Source: Chlorokybus atmophyticus
Taxonomy: Eukaryota; Plantae; Mesostigma and Chlorokybus algae
DNA: 64,000 bases
Assembly (NCBI GenBank): GCA_009103225.1
Contig: RHPI01001292.1
Coordinates: 94,080 to 158,079 of the forward strand
Direction of reading: 5' to 3'
Part shown: positions 48,186 through 61,002 of the stretch, piece after piece
Layout: the number at the start of each line of letters is the position of its first letter
How positions within the stretch are numbered: position 1 is the first letter of the stretch
Position numbers and translations under genes: made by a program
The notes under the pieces: model-generated
What the model was told of the DNA's origin: nothing
Seen by the model: the letters and a program-made list of their open reading frames with translations, nothing else
The model's database searches: none

Positions 48186-49981
48186 CATCACCAATTTGAG
48201 CATGCGTTGATTCAATACAAAATTGGTGTCAATCATTGCGGTATTTATATGAAATCCACTGTGATTATCAACTTCATATCAATTTCATGCGAAGAAGAAG
48301 ACCATATTGACAGCATCACACAATATTGTTCACTATCCATTTGATGCAGAATACATACGGGATCGATGCACCATTGCTTGACAACATTCCATGCAAAATC
48401 CATATTAATGTGTGGTAAAGACCATTATTTCCATACCAGTTGTATGATACCATATGCTGCATTGAATTCATACAACTTCGCACATAGCATATAGTGATTT
48501 GCCCTAACAAGCAGCACTTGTAGCAATGCAGTAAAGATAAACAGAATAATGTTGTTACTAAAACATACAACTTGCTGATATAACACACAACCTATCTACT
48601 TGCTACTCTACCAACATTGTACAAGCTCTACATAAATAACCAATTAAGCAACACCCTACAACCACTAGCAACCACACTACCAGCCATACCAGCACACACA
48701 CACACACACACACACACGCGCGCGCGCCGCCAGTCGGCGCCTCGTGCTGCCGCCGTCGCCATCGCCGTCACCCGCCANNNNNNNNNNNNNNNNNNNNNNN
48801 NNNNNNNNNNNNNNNNNNNNNNNNNNNNNNNNNNNNNNNNNNNNNNNNNNNNNNNNNNNNNNNNNNNNNNNNNNNNNNNNNNNNNNNNNNNNNNNNNNNN
48901 NNNNNNNNNNNNNNNNNNNNNNNNNNNNNNNNNNNNNNNNNNNNNNNNNNNNNNNNNNNNNNNNNNNNNNNNNNNNNNNNNNNNNNNNNNNNNNNNNNNN
49001 NNNNNNNNNNNNNNNNNNNNNNNNNNNNNNNNNNNNNNNNNNNNNNNNNNNNNNNNNNNNNNNNNNNNNNNNNNNNNNNNCCGCCCCCACCGCCACCGCC
49101 TGCATCACCGCTGCACAACTCACAATGCAAAGTCATTCTGAAAAACCTTACTGCAAGCTGTTGACTAATTGCATCCAACGGTCACGCACACAAGTAACGG
49201 ACCTTCCAACGATCGAATCGAGTTCAAGCCATCAGTACAACATTTACCGGGTAGTCCTTTCATCATGCTATACCTGCTCAAGTTTGTACTCAACATTATT
49301 GACCAATAATATATAAATATATACATACGTATGATAAGGTCACCAGTCAGTGCAAGAACAAGAACATTACATTCTTACTTGTGATACAGATATCATAATG
49401 CAATAATCATATTACATGTGCATAGGTATACACATCAACTTACACGCACACATTATGTACACACACACATGCAGGCAGGCGCGCACGCGCACACACACAC
49501 GCACACGCACACGCGCACGTACACGTACAATTGCAATCAATACTATTCTGCATACACACATGACACAATATCGATATGTAAGTCAATATTGACTTGCATG
49601 TGGACAATGTTGTCAAATTACATGTTGTTGATCAATGGCCCTTTTACTGAATCCACGCCACATCGAGGTAAGTTGAGTACGTATTGAAACAATACAAGAT
49701 TGTCAATGAATTGATACAAATTACACACAGCATATATCATTGACTGTTGTTGTTTAACATTAATATGCAATGCATCCGCACAAACTCAATACTTATGAAT
49801 GTGATACTATTTTAATGTTAAGTCACTCAATCAATACGATACCCAATGCGTGCAATCAACATCAATATCATTACAATGTAAATTTTGTATGTATTGCATA
49901 TTGAATGCTATCAATTCAACCACATGTATGCATGCAATGCTAATATCCGTGTGAATTCAATGTACCCTCAGATTGGTGACG
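48186..49981. mobile_element. Non-autonomous DNA transposon (MITE-like) inserted into the element 3 DNMT; contains a 303-N gap
   Basis: 15-bp imperfect TIRs CATCACCAATTTGAG (48186-48200) and CTCAGATTGGTGACG (49967-49981); 3-bp TSD CGC; AT-rich interior. Excision restores LLGRAMD. Confidence 0.8.
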
Positions 49982-50920
49982 CGCGTCCCAACAGCTGACA
50001 TTGCTGACTGTCGGTCAGCATGGAACCCGTGATACTGCATAGAGAGAAGCCCATGGCGCGTTTGCGCTCACATGCATTGGGTTCCTCTAGTTGGCCTGTG
50101 TTAAAATCTAACACCATGCCTTCGCCGTGGTTGCAAAAGGCGTATGATCCTGGGTAAGACGACAGAGTGGGGAGCGCACGACGTGGTTGACCAGGCTGGT
50201 TGCACTAGTAGAAGTGCTGGTGATCGTGTCGGGTGACTAGTTGTGCTGTGCGCCCAGGGTCTAAGATAGTGTCGACGGTGAGATTACGTGAACGACTGCT
50301 GTGCAGATATTCAGCAGCAAAAAGATCCTCGACTGTAGTTAGGTTGGTCCACTTGACGCGATGAGCACAGGAGCCATGACGCGCTGCGTTGATTCTGAGA
50401 GGGTGTCCCAGTAAAGAACACACCTGTCGAAAGCTGTTGGCCACGTGATGGCGGTTATTGTCCTCGGAGTGCACATTCTCGCCTATGTATCTTGGAGGCC
50501 TTGACAGCTGGTTGTTCTGCAGAATTTTGAGAATACGCATCAGTTCCAAGAACAGTTGCGAGCGAGAATCAGCGGGTCCTTGGCCTCTGCCTGCTCTGGA
50601 GTGTCCTTGACACTCCCATCCTGCTATTAGCAGGTCGATGTTGCCCACTGCCAGGAGGTGATCCGCAGTGATTGAATGGATGTCCTATGGTGCCTTCAGA
50701 CTGCCTTGCAGTGCCGATAGCGGCAGTCGCTGCGGGTAGCATTTGTGTAGGTGGCGCAGGTGGTGGCTCAGGGCAAGCTGTGCGTGTGGATCAAGGTCAC
50801 AGTAGAAGTACTTGGTGACCGTCGCGCCGATGTTGAGGACCGCGAGGAGGCCACTACATATACCTCCAAACAATTTCAACACGGTGATGCCTTGTTGTCG
50901 ACGGAATACGTGAATTCCTA
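49982..50920 (-). pseudogene. Element 3 C5 cytosine DNA methyltransferase domain
   Basis: KLFGGICSG (~50850-50880), IDLLIAGWECQGHSRAG (Cys 50610-50612), GENV (50472-50480), AHRV, EEPNACERKRAMGF, LLGRA. The N-terminal part is in frame with the protease in ORF 50685-52130. Confidence 0.92.
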
Positions 50921-51379
50921 CTACTCTAGTAGCCACCTGGTGTTGCTCCTGGACCGCAGCTTGGTCCTTGTAGAGAGGGAACCGTGAAGTGAGCCGTGGT
51001 CTGGTCAATAGTAGATGTGCGACCACTTGTGCGCGCCAGTGGCGTTCCGCTGGATTCTGGTGGGCCACTTCTTCAGTGGCATCTTCCTGAGACTCGTCGT
51101 ATGGAATAGGAGAGTCTTGGTCAGAGTTGTGGGTGATCACCGCAGATGATCTGTCAATGGTTGTGAAACCCGATATGTGGGTGGCTGTCGCAGCTGACCT
51201 GTTAGTGGTTGTCGACAACAACCTGTAGGTGGCTGTTGCAGCTGACCTTCGGTGCGAGCGAGTGCAAGCCACCAGCTCGAGAGGCAGATATCCTTGAACC
51301 TCTCCATCCTCCTCATCCCAATGAGGACGAAACCATGCCTTCCCTGTCCAGCAGTTCAGCCCCAAGCCAACAAGAAAGT

Positions 51380-51720
51380 TGAAGTTATGTCTCAGCAATA
51401 GGTCGAAGGATCCTGCATCGCTGACCACACACTTCTGTATGACCTCGGTGCTGTGAGACCGGTCCACTCCCGTCAAGCGAATGCAGAGGGCTTGCTTGGT
51501 GCTGCCAATCACCTTGTCACGGCTGCCGTTTGCTGTGCCGAGCATGTATGGGCATGGCATCAGCTCAGCGCTGGTGATGCCAAGGTCGCGTGCGAGGTAA
51601 CATCCGATGATGACAGGCTGGACTTCAGAGTTCAGCATCACACGCTTGGATGCTCGTTTAATGATAGTGACATGCTTGCCTTGGTTGGCAATCATGGCTG
51701 CGTTTGCGTGGATGCGCAGC
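51380..51720 (-). pseudogene. Element 3 aspartic protease (active site decayed)
   Basis: KRVMLNSEVQPVII aligns with element 1 KRVILDTEAQPVII; DAGSFDLLL flap-like motif. Confidence 0.7.
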
Positions 51721-53838
51721 CGCTTGAATCGTCGGTAGCGTGTGCGTGGGGTGCCTGCTGCTTTAGTCTCCTCCAATGGTGTCGAGCGCAGTGCGGCAAG
51801 CGCCCCTCGACCAGCTGGGTCTTGAGAACCTCCTTGACTGCGGCCTGGCCCGAACCGTTCTTGTCCTGGCTGTTGGTATACGCGCTGCGGCCTAAGTGCT
51901 GACGGTGCTGCCTGTGGTTGCCCTGTTTGTGGTGCAGGGGGATTGCGCCTCTGTGTGGCCGGGGTCATTCTTGGCGGCTTAGCCAGTGGCTGTTGAGGAA
52001 ACCCTAAAGGACCGAGTGTTTGTGGGCCCATCTCCCGTGCAGCCTGTTCTTTCACATAACTCCAGCGTACTGCATAAGCTGCCTCCCTCACCAGTGTACC
52101 TTCCCATGTGGCTGTTGGATTGTTGACCACGTCACTCTAGCGGTGATTCTGAGGCATGGGCAGAAGATACACTGCGCGCAGGAGCCGCGCTCTTATGTCG
52201 TGGGTAATGGCGGGAACCCTTGGGATCTCTGCCATGTAGGCATCCCATCTGCCATTGACCACCCCCACTTCCAGCACCATTGTTGCTCGTGCCCGCACAG
52301 TGAGGTAAATCTCTTGCTGTCGGACATGCTGCTTATAAGCAGCTGCGATGCGTCTGCGTTGCCGCACTGCTTCCACCACTGGCAACCTTAGCATGGCCTT
52401 TTTAGCTCCGTTTAAGGTGTCAGTGGCTGCCGAGGCAACCTCGTCATAGGCTTGCCATAGTGAGCGCAGGCAAGCGTCCAATTAGAACAATCCGGTGCCG
52501 AATGCGAACAGGGGGATTGCGAGGTGATTGGTGACTAGCCAAGTCACCAGTCTTGCTCGAGCTGCACTACCACCTTCTTGCATCCCCAACATCCATCTCA
52601 AGCCAATGCCTTCTTGTCGATGTAGCATGGTTGCTTGTCGCAACAGGGCGGTGCGAAGTTGCTGTTCTCCGATCAAGCCTGCTCCATCCCGTTGTATACA
52701 CTCTTGTGGTGTGAGGTAGCCTCTCCCTAGATATCGTTGATCTTTAGGCAAGTCTTCCAACAAGGCGGGTAGCAGCGGAGCGATCACCCCCCTGGTTTGT
52801 TAGGCCGGCGCCCTCGCCTGATCAATGTCGGGCTCACCGACGAGGGGTGTTGTGCTGAATGATGGGCTAGCGACTGTTGGTTGAAGAATGGAAGCGCGAG
52901 CAGCGGTAAGGGCTTGCGCTCTTGCATTGATCGTTGCCGTTTGATCCTGCCGCTAGGTGAACGTCTGTTCGAAAGCGATGTAGCGCTCATAAAGCCAAAC
53001 GGTATTTAGGGGTCTCAGTGCTTCGTTGTCACCCAAAGGCATATCGGCTGTATCAGCGATGTGCTGCTATACGTTGGGTTGCCGGTCTTAATACGTGTCC
53101 AGCGGGCTTGGCTCGAAAGGTTTACAACGGATGGGTGCGGGCTGGCGTGGCGCAGTCTAAATGTTGTTATGCAGAGTCCAGAACAACTGTAGTGCCAACT
53201 CCAATATAACAGGTTGTTCAGATCACAAAGACGTGGTCTCGCATGGGAGGCGCCGTGCCGGCAAAGATTTCATCCTCTAGTTGCCGCTGAGTCTGTTCTG
53301 GCAGGGTGTGATATTCACGCAGTGGGAAGACGCGATCACTGCGTTCAACGCGCGTTGTGCGCTCTCCTCCGCGCCCAAAAATACAGGGTAGTGGGATCTG
53401 CTCCACGCATGATGGTCTCCCATGCGCGCTCAGCTTGTTGACCTCGCGGGACAGCTTGAGTAACGTCGAGGACGGGCAATGTAGCTGCGCGCGTTGCTGC
53501 ATGGCAGCGGGTTTGACGATGGCACTGTCGGTGGTTGCGAGAGTGCTGCTCAGTGGCGCGAGAGTGGTCTAAGCGCTCGCTGACACCGGTGGCCCTGCAG
53601 TTGGAGCGGGACCGGTGCGACCTACTGCTGCAGGGTCGGTGACAGCAGTGGCTGTCGTTAGCGTGCTCACCAGTGTTGGCGTCACGGCGCTCACTAATGT
53701 ACCAACGTCTGGTGCAACTGGAGTAGTTGCTGCTGACGTTAACGGAGTTGACGTCGTAGCCGGTGTAGCTGTTGCTGCTGGTGCAGCACCACTGGTGGCT
53801 TCAGAGGAGGTAACTGCTGACGATGTTGCGGCTTCCCC

Positions 53839-54975
53839 TCAAACTCGTCGGGATGGTTGAACGCGTGACGGAGTGCTGGCGTCTCCCGTGCGCTTCGCAG
53901 CCATGAGTGTCCACCGGGAAGAGTAGCAGGCACGGTAGTCCTGCTCCTTGTCTTCCTCCAAGCGTGCCATACGCGCCATGAGGGCAGCCACATGGTCATT
54001 AGCTGGCGGGTTGGCCGGAGCCTTGGCGGCAACAGCAGCAGCGCGCGGACATCCTTCCAGTCCCTTGCGCTGAGGAGGACGATTCTTCCCCCTGTAGCCT
54101 TGCTCTTCCTTGCGAGCGTTGACATAGCTGTTGGTGTTGTTATGGTCTCCGATATGGTTGCTGTTGTAGCCACCAGAGTTGTTGCCGTTGTGGCCTCCAG
54201 TGTTGTTGCTGTTGTAGCCACCAGAGTTGTTGCCGTTGTAGCTGTTGGCGGATCTCAACTCAAAGAACTTAAGCCAGCACACTGATTTCAAGTGGCCTGT
54301 CTTGTGACAGTAGTCGCAGACCAGAGTTGAGTACTTTTCGGTGCACTCCTTTTTGTAGTGCCCATGCCGTCCACAGCGATGACACAGCACAGGGGCAGGC
54401 AAAGCAGTATGCACTGACCATTTCCCTTTGTCGCGTGCTGGTGGAGCGTTCCGGCCACGTTCGCGGTGAGGGGGCTCGGCAGTTGTGCTGGCTACAGGCC
54501 GTGAGGCGCTGCGGTTGGTGTCCAGCACTGCATTCTCATACACCAAGCGCTTATGGATGGCTTGTGCAGTCTCGAAAGCTTCTTTGAGCGTGTAGCTTAG
54601 GGGCCTGCTGTAGTTTAGGGTCAGGCGCGTCGACTCGCTCAGGGTGGCATCCAACTCATTGACATATACCACTGCAGCCGCCTCGTCACTGACAATCTTG
54701 TAGTCAGTGTCCTTCAACAGCCCTTCCAGTCTGGAGTACAGGCGTAAAGGGTCCTCATTGGGCTTGCGTCGGAACCGCCTCAACTCCTCCACTTTACTAG
54801 TGGTCTGCGGTGGGAAGGTGCGACGAAGTGCAGCGTATAGGTCCTTGAGCGAAGAGTCAGAGATGGCAGCACCTACAATGATGGCTGGTGCGCGCAGTGC
54901 GACTGACCCGAGGGTGAAAGCACTGCCTCCCGCACGAGAGCCAGGTATTGCCAAAGGTATGGGTGTGCCCACCAA
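53839..54975 (-). pseudogene. Element 3 gag C-terminal part with two CCHC zinc knuckles
   Basis: CHRCGRHGHYKKEC and CDYCHKTGHLKSVC, followed by GGYNSNN repeats. Confidence 0.85.
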
Positions 54976-56266
54976 TGTGCAAACAATTGGCCCAACTACG
55001 ATGATGTTTATAGAAAAGTCGTGGTAGCGTAGCAGACAGCAGATTGACTGCCCCTCAGCCCTTTATATTGTGGCTGAGTGCTTTGCTGGTTATGTGTTGC
55101 GGTTCTCCATGAGTGGTTGTCGTGGTTGAGGCTTGCTATAAAAAAGTATAGGCATTGAAGTGCCATAAAAAATCGTTGGTGCTACTGCATAATATTGTTG
55201 TTGCTTGTATTTGTACCTACCCCAACCATAACATTGATGTTGCCAATTATGGTATATATGCATGTCGTGTTGGAGGGATCCGCCGCGGAGGGGTCACTTA
55301 TGGGTAAAGCAGACATCATCATATTACATGAAGGCAGGCAATCACTTACAAAACAACACAACAACTAATACACATTAACCACCATACCTACCAAGCAGCC
55401 TGGTTGAGCTTATTAATAAAGCTCAATTAGGTTAGACTAGGGGGCAGGCTCCTATATTCGTGCCGCAATGAGTGTAAGGCAGGACGGGGCAGATTGAACG
55501 CAGACTAGCGATAAGGCAGCGCTCATTTGCACTTGCAAGGTAGCGCAGAAACGTAAAGGGGGTGGTTGGTTCAGATCATGACCAACTCTGAACTTACAAT
55601 GTTGGTGATATCTTTGCAGCTGCTTGCAACGATGCCAACGAAACTTTTACATAATAATTGGCAACCAGACGCGCGCGTGCACACTTGTGCTGTTGGGGAA
55701 CAAGTGTGGATGCATGCATGTTTAACGAGGTGAGCAGTAGAGCAGAGCACTGCATGCATGGAACCCTGTGGTCGAGCACATATGCGAATGTGGGTGATGT
55801 TGCTGTGAGACTGGTGTGTGTAGAGTGTGAGAGCCCATAATGAAGGCAAAGCACTCATTGCATGCACATAGTAATACTAGTGTAGCGGCAGAATAGGGCC
55901 CGGGGGGTCGTAATAATTTGTGCTGGGCTGCTCTTTGCTTGCTTGCCGCTGCTGGCACACCATGCGTATGTGCGCCTGATTTGCGAATTAACTTATACCC
56001 TATGCTGCATTATTCTTTAAGCCTTCTGGACACACCAAGACCTATCAACAACAACGTGCACAACTTCTCTGCTTACGCATTGCGCACACTTGTGCCGAGT
56101 GTAATGCAGTCATAATCGTGCTGAGTTGGCCGAGTTGCAAGGCGATCAGTGCAAAGCAGGCTCATGTGCTCAGCGTACCAGTAGGCCGGTGGCGGAGGTG
56201 GGAGCTGGGCGGCGGCGGCGGCGGCGGCCTCCTAAAGCAGTTGGCTCTCGTCGTTAGCGTCTAGGC

Positions 56267-59200
56267 ATGGCCAAGCGAGCGCCGCAGGCAGCGCATCCGC
56301 TTGAGGCCGCTCTCGGCAGGTCAGACGGTAAGCGTGCGCAGCCAATTGCCCCTCAAACTGCGTTGGACTGTGACTGATGGCCCGTAGTAATTAGCACTTG
56401 GCAGCTGCAGTACTGTTACATAAAACCGAAGTGGTGGGTGCGAGTAGATGTCAGGGTTGCGCAATCAGCATCGGCCGGGATGCACAACAGATTTCTGTAC
56501 ATGCATGCGGCACCGTGACTGTCATGTTTACTTGTGCTCGTCTTTGTGTGTGAAATTGAGGCCGCTCACTGGCTTTATCACTTAGTGTGACCACCAGCTT
56601 TACTGTCTAAAGAATGGCCAATCTGCTTGCGCAATCGGAGAGGGTGAGAACCGTCTGTCTCTGCTTCGTAACAGTGGTAGGGGTTGTTATGGGTTTGATT
56701 GTTGGCGATTTGTCTTGTTTTGTGCAGGAGTTGTTGAGCAGAAGTCATCGTATTTGGTTATGTTGAGTAGTCCTTTAGGTGGAGATAGGCATGAAGCAAG
56801 CTTGCAAAGTAACAAACGCATCATTTCTCAATGTGAAAGAAGTCGATGCATGTCAGCAAGCCCTTGCATGTCCTGCAGCCATGCTCACGTGCATGCCCGA
56901 CACAGTCAGTGTGATCTTGAAATTATCGCAGTACAGTACCTTTGTAGCTGTTATCCAGTGGTAAATGCAATACAGACTAGTGATGTTAATTTCGTGCTGC
57001 AGGAGATGTATGGCTTCAAACTACCCTTTCAGCGCACGACATAGCCGCCCGCGCCGCCCGCAGCTGGCAAATGCTCTCCACATTTACCCCCTTAACCGCA
57101 TCACCCACTACAGCTACTACAACCTGCACGCCCCTTTCACCCGCGGTAAGACCCAACAACCCCACATGTCAACCCTACATGTTGTCTCAAAGCACCATCT
57201 GTAACACTTTCACCTGCAGGTAGGTGGGACTTTGCAGTTTCTGCGGCAAGCACGCTACTTTGTGGACATAAGCGACAACAATGCGAAGGCACTGTTGGCA
57301 TTGTTGTCCTTCCCAACATCAACATTAGATGTTGCCAGCAAAGAGGCGGCGCTGTTAGTTCTTGCCGTGTGGCTTCGCAGATTGTCTCAGAGAAAAACAC
57401 TTTCCACATTGGAGCCCGCAATTGTCAGCGAGTGCGTGAGTCAAGTGGTAACATTGTTGGCATCCACCGACACGCCTAACGTCCTCCTGCCTGTGTGCGT
57501 ACTCGTCCTTGGAGCTGCCCATGCTGGTACACGCGTTGCGAGCAAAGTCGTGGTGCAGTCGTGCACACAACACACCAACACATGATGTTGCGCAGCATTA
57601 GCGTGTCCAGACTCGACGCGTGGCGAGTGCGCCCGAAGCCTTTGTGATGCACTACGCAACCGCCCTACAGACTTGACGTAAGCACATACCATGTTGATTT
57701 GGTGGTAGTCATGTGTTGTTCTGCACACATGGATACCAGATGTGCTAGCGAGCTAATGTTTACGCATGCTTTCACCATAGGGTGGCAGGAAGGTCTTCTG
57801 AGCTCCTTGCGGGCGTCGGCTATGTCATGAGTGGCGTACGGGGTGAGCTGCTGGCGGAGTTGGTGCGGCTCACGCTCACGCTGTGGAGGCGTGCATACGA
57901 ACACCATGCTGGGAATGAGGGTGACATCAACATTGCGCAAAGAGAAAGCGTCAGGCCGCCATGGCCGCCATTGCGAGATGGTCAACGCCTATGCAAGATG
58001 GTGAGATATCGTGCATATATGTGTTGTATGTGTGCCTGTGTAAGTGTGGACGTGCGCGTACATGCTTGAGTGCGTGCAGGTGTAGTTGTGCTTGTGCGCG
58101 TGTGTGTGTGCACAGATACATGCATGCGGAGCGTGCTTATGTTATCTCTTTCAGATGGAGTACTTGACGTCATCACTGGCGAGGCAAAGTAGTTCCCATG
58201 CGGGAGTGACGAAAGAAGACATAAGGGCGGTCTTTAACGAGTGTGATGCGGCAGTATGCGCGCATGCAAGCAGTAACAACAACAGCGCTGGCATTGATGA
58301 CCTCTGCTGCGCTGCCGTGACCGCCGCTGCAGGCATCCTGTGCGGCTTGCTGGCTGGTGAGAGCGTGAGCAGTCACAATGTGCGAATGTTGTGCACAACA
58401 CAACCAACGTGAACCTTGTTCTGTGTTGAAGGCCGACTCGGGACGGGTGCTGTTGTGACAGCAGGCGATGTTGTCACAGAAGCACAGGCAAGTGCATACA
58501 TGCATGCATTGGTACAGCAACCTGTGCGTAAGCACATACGTGTGTCATACATGTTGCGCTGAGAGATCACAAGCGATACATAACGTCGGCGTTTCGGTTG
58601 TTTCAGGATCTACTGCTGGCTGCAGCGGGCCGTGCTTGCGATTTCAACCACCATCCCTTGGCAGTAAGACACCAACGACCTACTATTACAAATGATTATC
58701 ATCATCACTATCACCATCATCTTCACCATCATCACTTTCATCCGACAGGTGCATTTCCGCAGCACAGTTGCGCTGTCTCTCCTCCACTGCGACGCCCGCG
58801 GGGTCTCGCTAGCGAGGCCAGATTCTCATCAACACAGCGGTGAGGCGCTCGCATGCGTGCAAACAGCGCTGTTCTCCGACGCCATCGGCACGCGGTGGTT
58901 CCATCGCACGCCATCGTCAAATTCAGCACACCTCTTGCAGGGTCTGCAACAACATGTGGGCGATGCGTTGTTCGAGAGCACGGGCGCACTCTGCCGTTGT
59001 CTGTGCAAGCTGTTTGCTGCAGCGTCACCTGTCGATCGACGTTTGACTCTGGAGGCTGTGCATGCGTACGTGAGGGACTTGCATGAGGTGAACTGCGCTC
59101 GGCAGTCTTCTGGCAAGCAGAGGAAACTTGACGATGCTAGTGACAACTACGGCAACAACAGCCATGACACCCACAACGTTGTTTTCAAGCAAGCTCTTGA

Positions 59201-59318
59201 CATGGCCTTCCTTTCTGTTGTTGCTCTCTACAGTGGAGCTCAGCTAGACTATGCACAAGACCCTCTTCTGCCCTCACAGGTACCAGTACCATTAGCATCG
59301 TGCGTGCTCTGCACGGCA

Positions 59319-59354
<36 letters not shown>

Positions 59355-60703
59355 TTGTTGCTGTTGACTACTCATGCAGGTTCTTGACGCGTTGGCGTAC
59401 ATGGATTTTGCTAAGCTGCCTTTTAAGCCTCACGGTGCTCTCATAACCAACGCTGCAGCCAACATGAACGCCGCTGCAGTGGCAAACTTTGCTGCACACA
59501 TGCCAGAGTACAAGCACACAACACACCCAAGTAGGAATCGCACTTTGCATCACAGGCCACCCATCAGCGAGGGGCAAGCCAATGCGTGTAGCTGATCGAT
59601 GTTGCTGAGTAACTCAGGTGATGGTGTGGAATGGAAAGACGACAGAGTCCTTTCCTCGCGCGTGTCATTCTTCTTTGCAATCCTATCCGCGCATGCACGG
59701 CTGTTGCAGGAGGATATTATTGCCGCTCGCATCGCACCGGTAATGTTCCTCTACCTTCATCATGCAGATGAAAAGTGCCGCTCCGCCTCTCATGCGATGT
59801 TTCGAGCCATTGCACGGACGTGCGATGTTGATGAATCGGCGTCATCTGAGTTGAAGCGAACGAACATTGCTGAACGTATGGCGCCGTTTTACATAAAACG
59901 AGTGCTAGCGGTGAGTAGTAGAGAGAACAGAAGCGTGTGTGAGTGCGTGTAGGCGTGCAGGCGTGCAGGCATATGTGTCACACAACATATTCTTATACAG
60001 GTGTATCCGGGATTGACTTTGTATGATGCGCTTGTGGCCAGCGTGGGCGTTGTCTTCCGAAGCGCCTTGCCGCCCGGGAGCCCCGTCGCCGAGCACTGCG
60101 TGCGCCTGTTGGTCATGCGCATGCAGGAGCTGGAGGCAAGCACCACCACCACCACCACCACCACCAACAACAACAACAAAGACAGCAACGAGGAGGTTTG
60201 CTTGTGTTGTGTGTCTCTGATTGATGCACCTCCTGTGCTGAAGGCTTTCTATGCACACAGGAGAGTAGCAAAGCGGCGGATCAGCTAAGAGTGTTGTTGT
60301 TTCATCTGGTGCGCATCATCGATGTCAAGGTGAAGCTGTATATATCAAAGATGCCATAGCAACAGGTACAATGTCATGTACGTAAGAGCTTAGGTTATCT
60401 GTGAACAGCAGAGCCTGTCCATGTTGTTGCAAGCGATTGGACACTTGATTGAAAACAGCGATGAGGCCATGCAGTCGGCGTCGGTGTCGGCACTTTATCA
60501 GGTGCGTAAGGCTGTGAGTTGCAGACATAATCTTTGCAGGCAGCCCATGGCTAAAACATTGTTTTGCCATTATGCTTCAGGTTGTGGCAGCAAGTTCAGA
60601 TTATGCGCGCAAGAGCCATCTTGTGTTGTGGTACAACCGTCTGTGTCACCACTTGCAGAGTGCCAATGGACGTGATGTAGTTGTGCTCAGGAGTAAGTAT
60701 TGA
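56267..60703 (+). CDS. HEAT/ARM-repeat protein of unknown function, plant-type, multi-exon
   Basis: GT-AG exon chain from ATG 56267 to TGA 60701-60703. APVMFLYLHHADEKCRSASHAMF...FYIKRVLAVYPG...LPPGSP resembles, from memory, the Arabidopsis At1g73970 family; not verified by search. Confidence 0.65.
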
Positions 60704-61002
60704 GCTTTCTGGTGCACATGCACAATGTTGTGATGGGTTGTGTGTAAAAAATGCTAAGTGTGGTCGGATGCAATGTAGCTCCTGTGACATTGTACGTCAA
60801 CATGGTGGTGAAATTCACTAGTTGCTGTCCGCAAGTTATACTACACCACACTCTATATCATGTATTCATGGTTATGTTTGCATCGACTTATTCGCAGGAT
60901 AAGCTATACCAGTATTTACTTCCTTCTGTAAGTACTTACAAAAGGAAGCAAACACGGGACAGCAGGTCGACTTGATAAGGCACTCTTTTCTTGCCTAGTT
61001 GT

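Larger units (their letters stand above)
43703..54960 (-). mobile_element. Element 3: second DNMT-PHD Ty3-type element with A-B-A 3' end; apparently 5'-truncated
   Basis: Same domain order as element 1. Repeats: A 43703-43951, B 43942-44542, A 44545-44773. No 5' B copy or matching TSD found; homology to element 1 fades near 54960. Confidence 0.88.

Noticed and set aside
55000-56200. Possible 5' repeat or TSD of element 3
   Set aside because: No match to repeat B and no ...ACA end followed by TATG was found.
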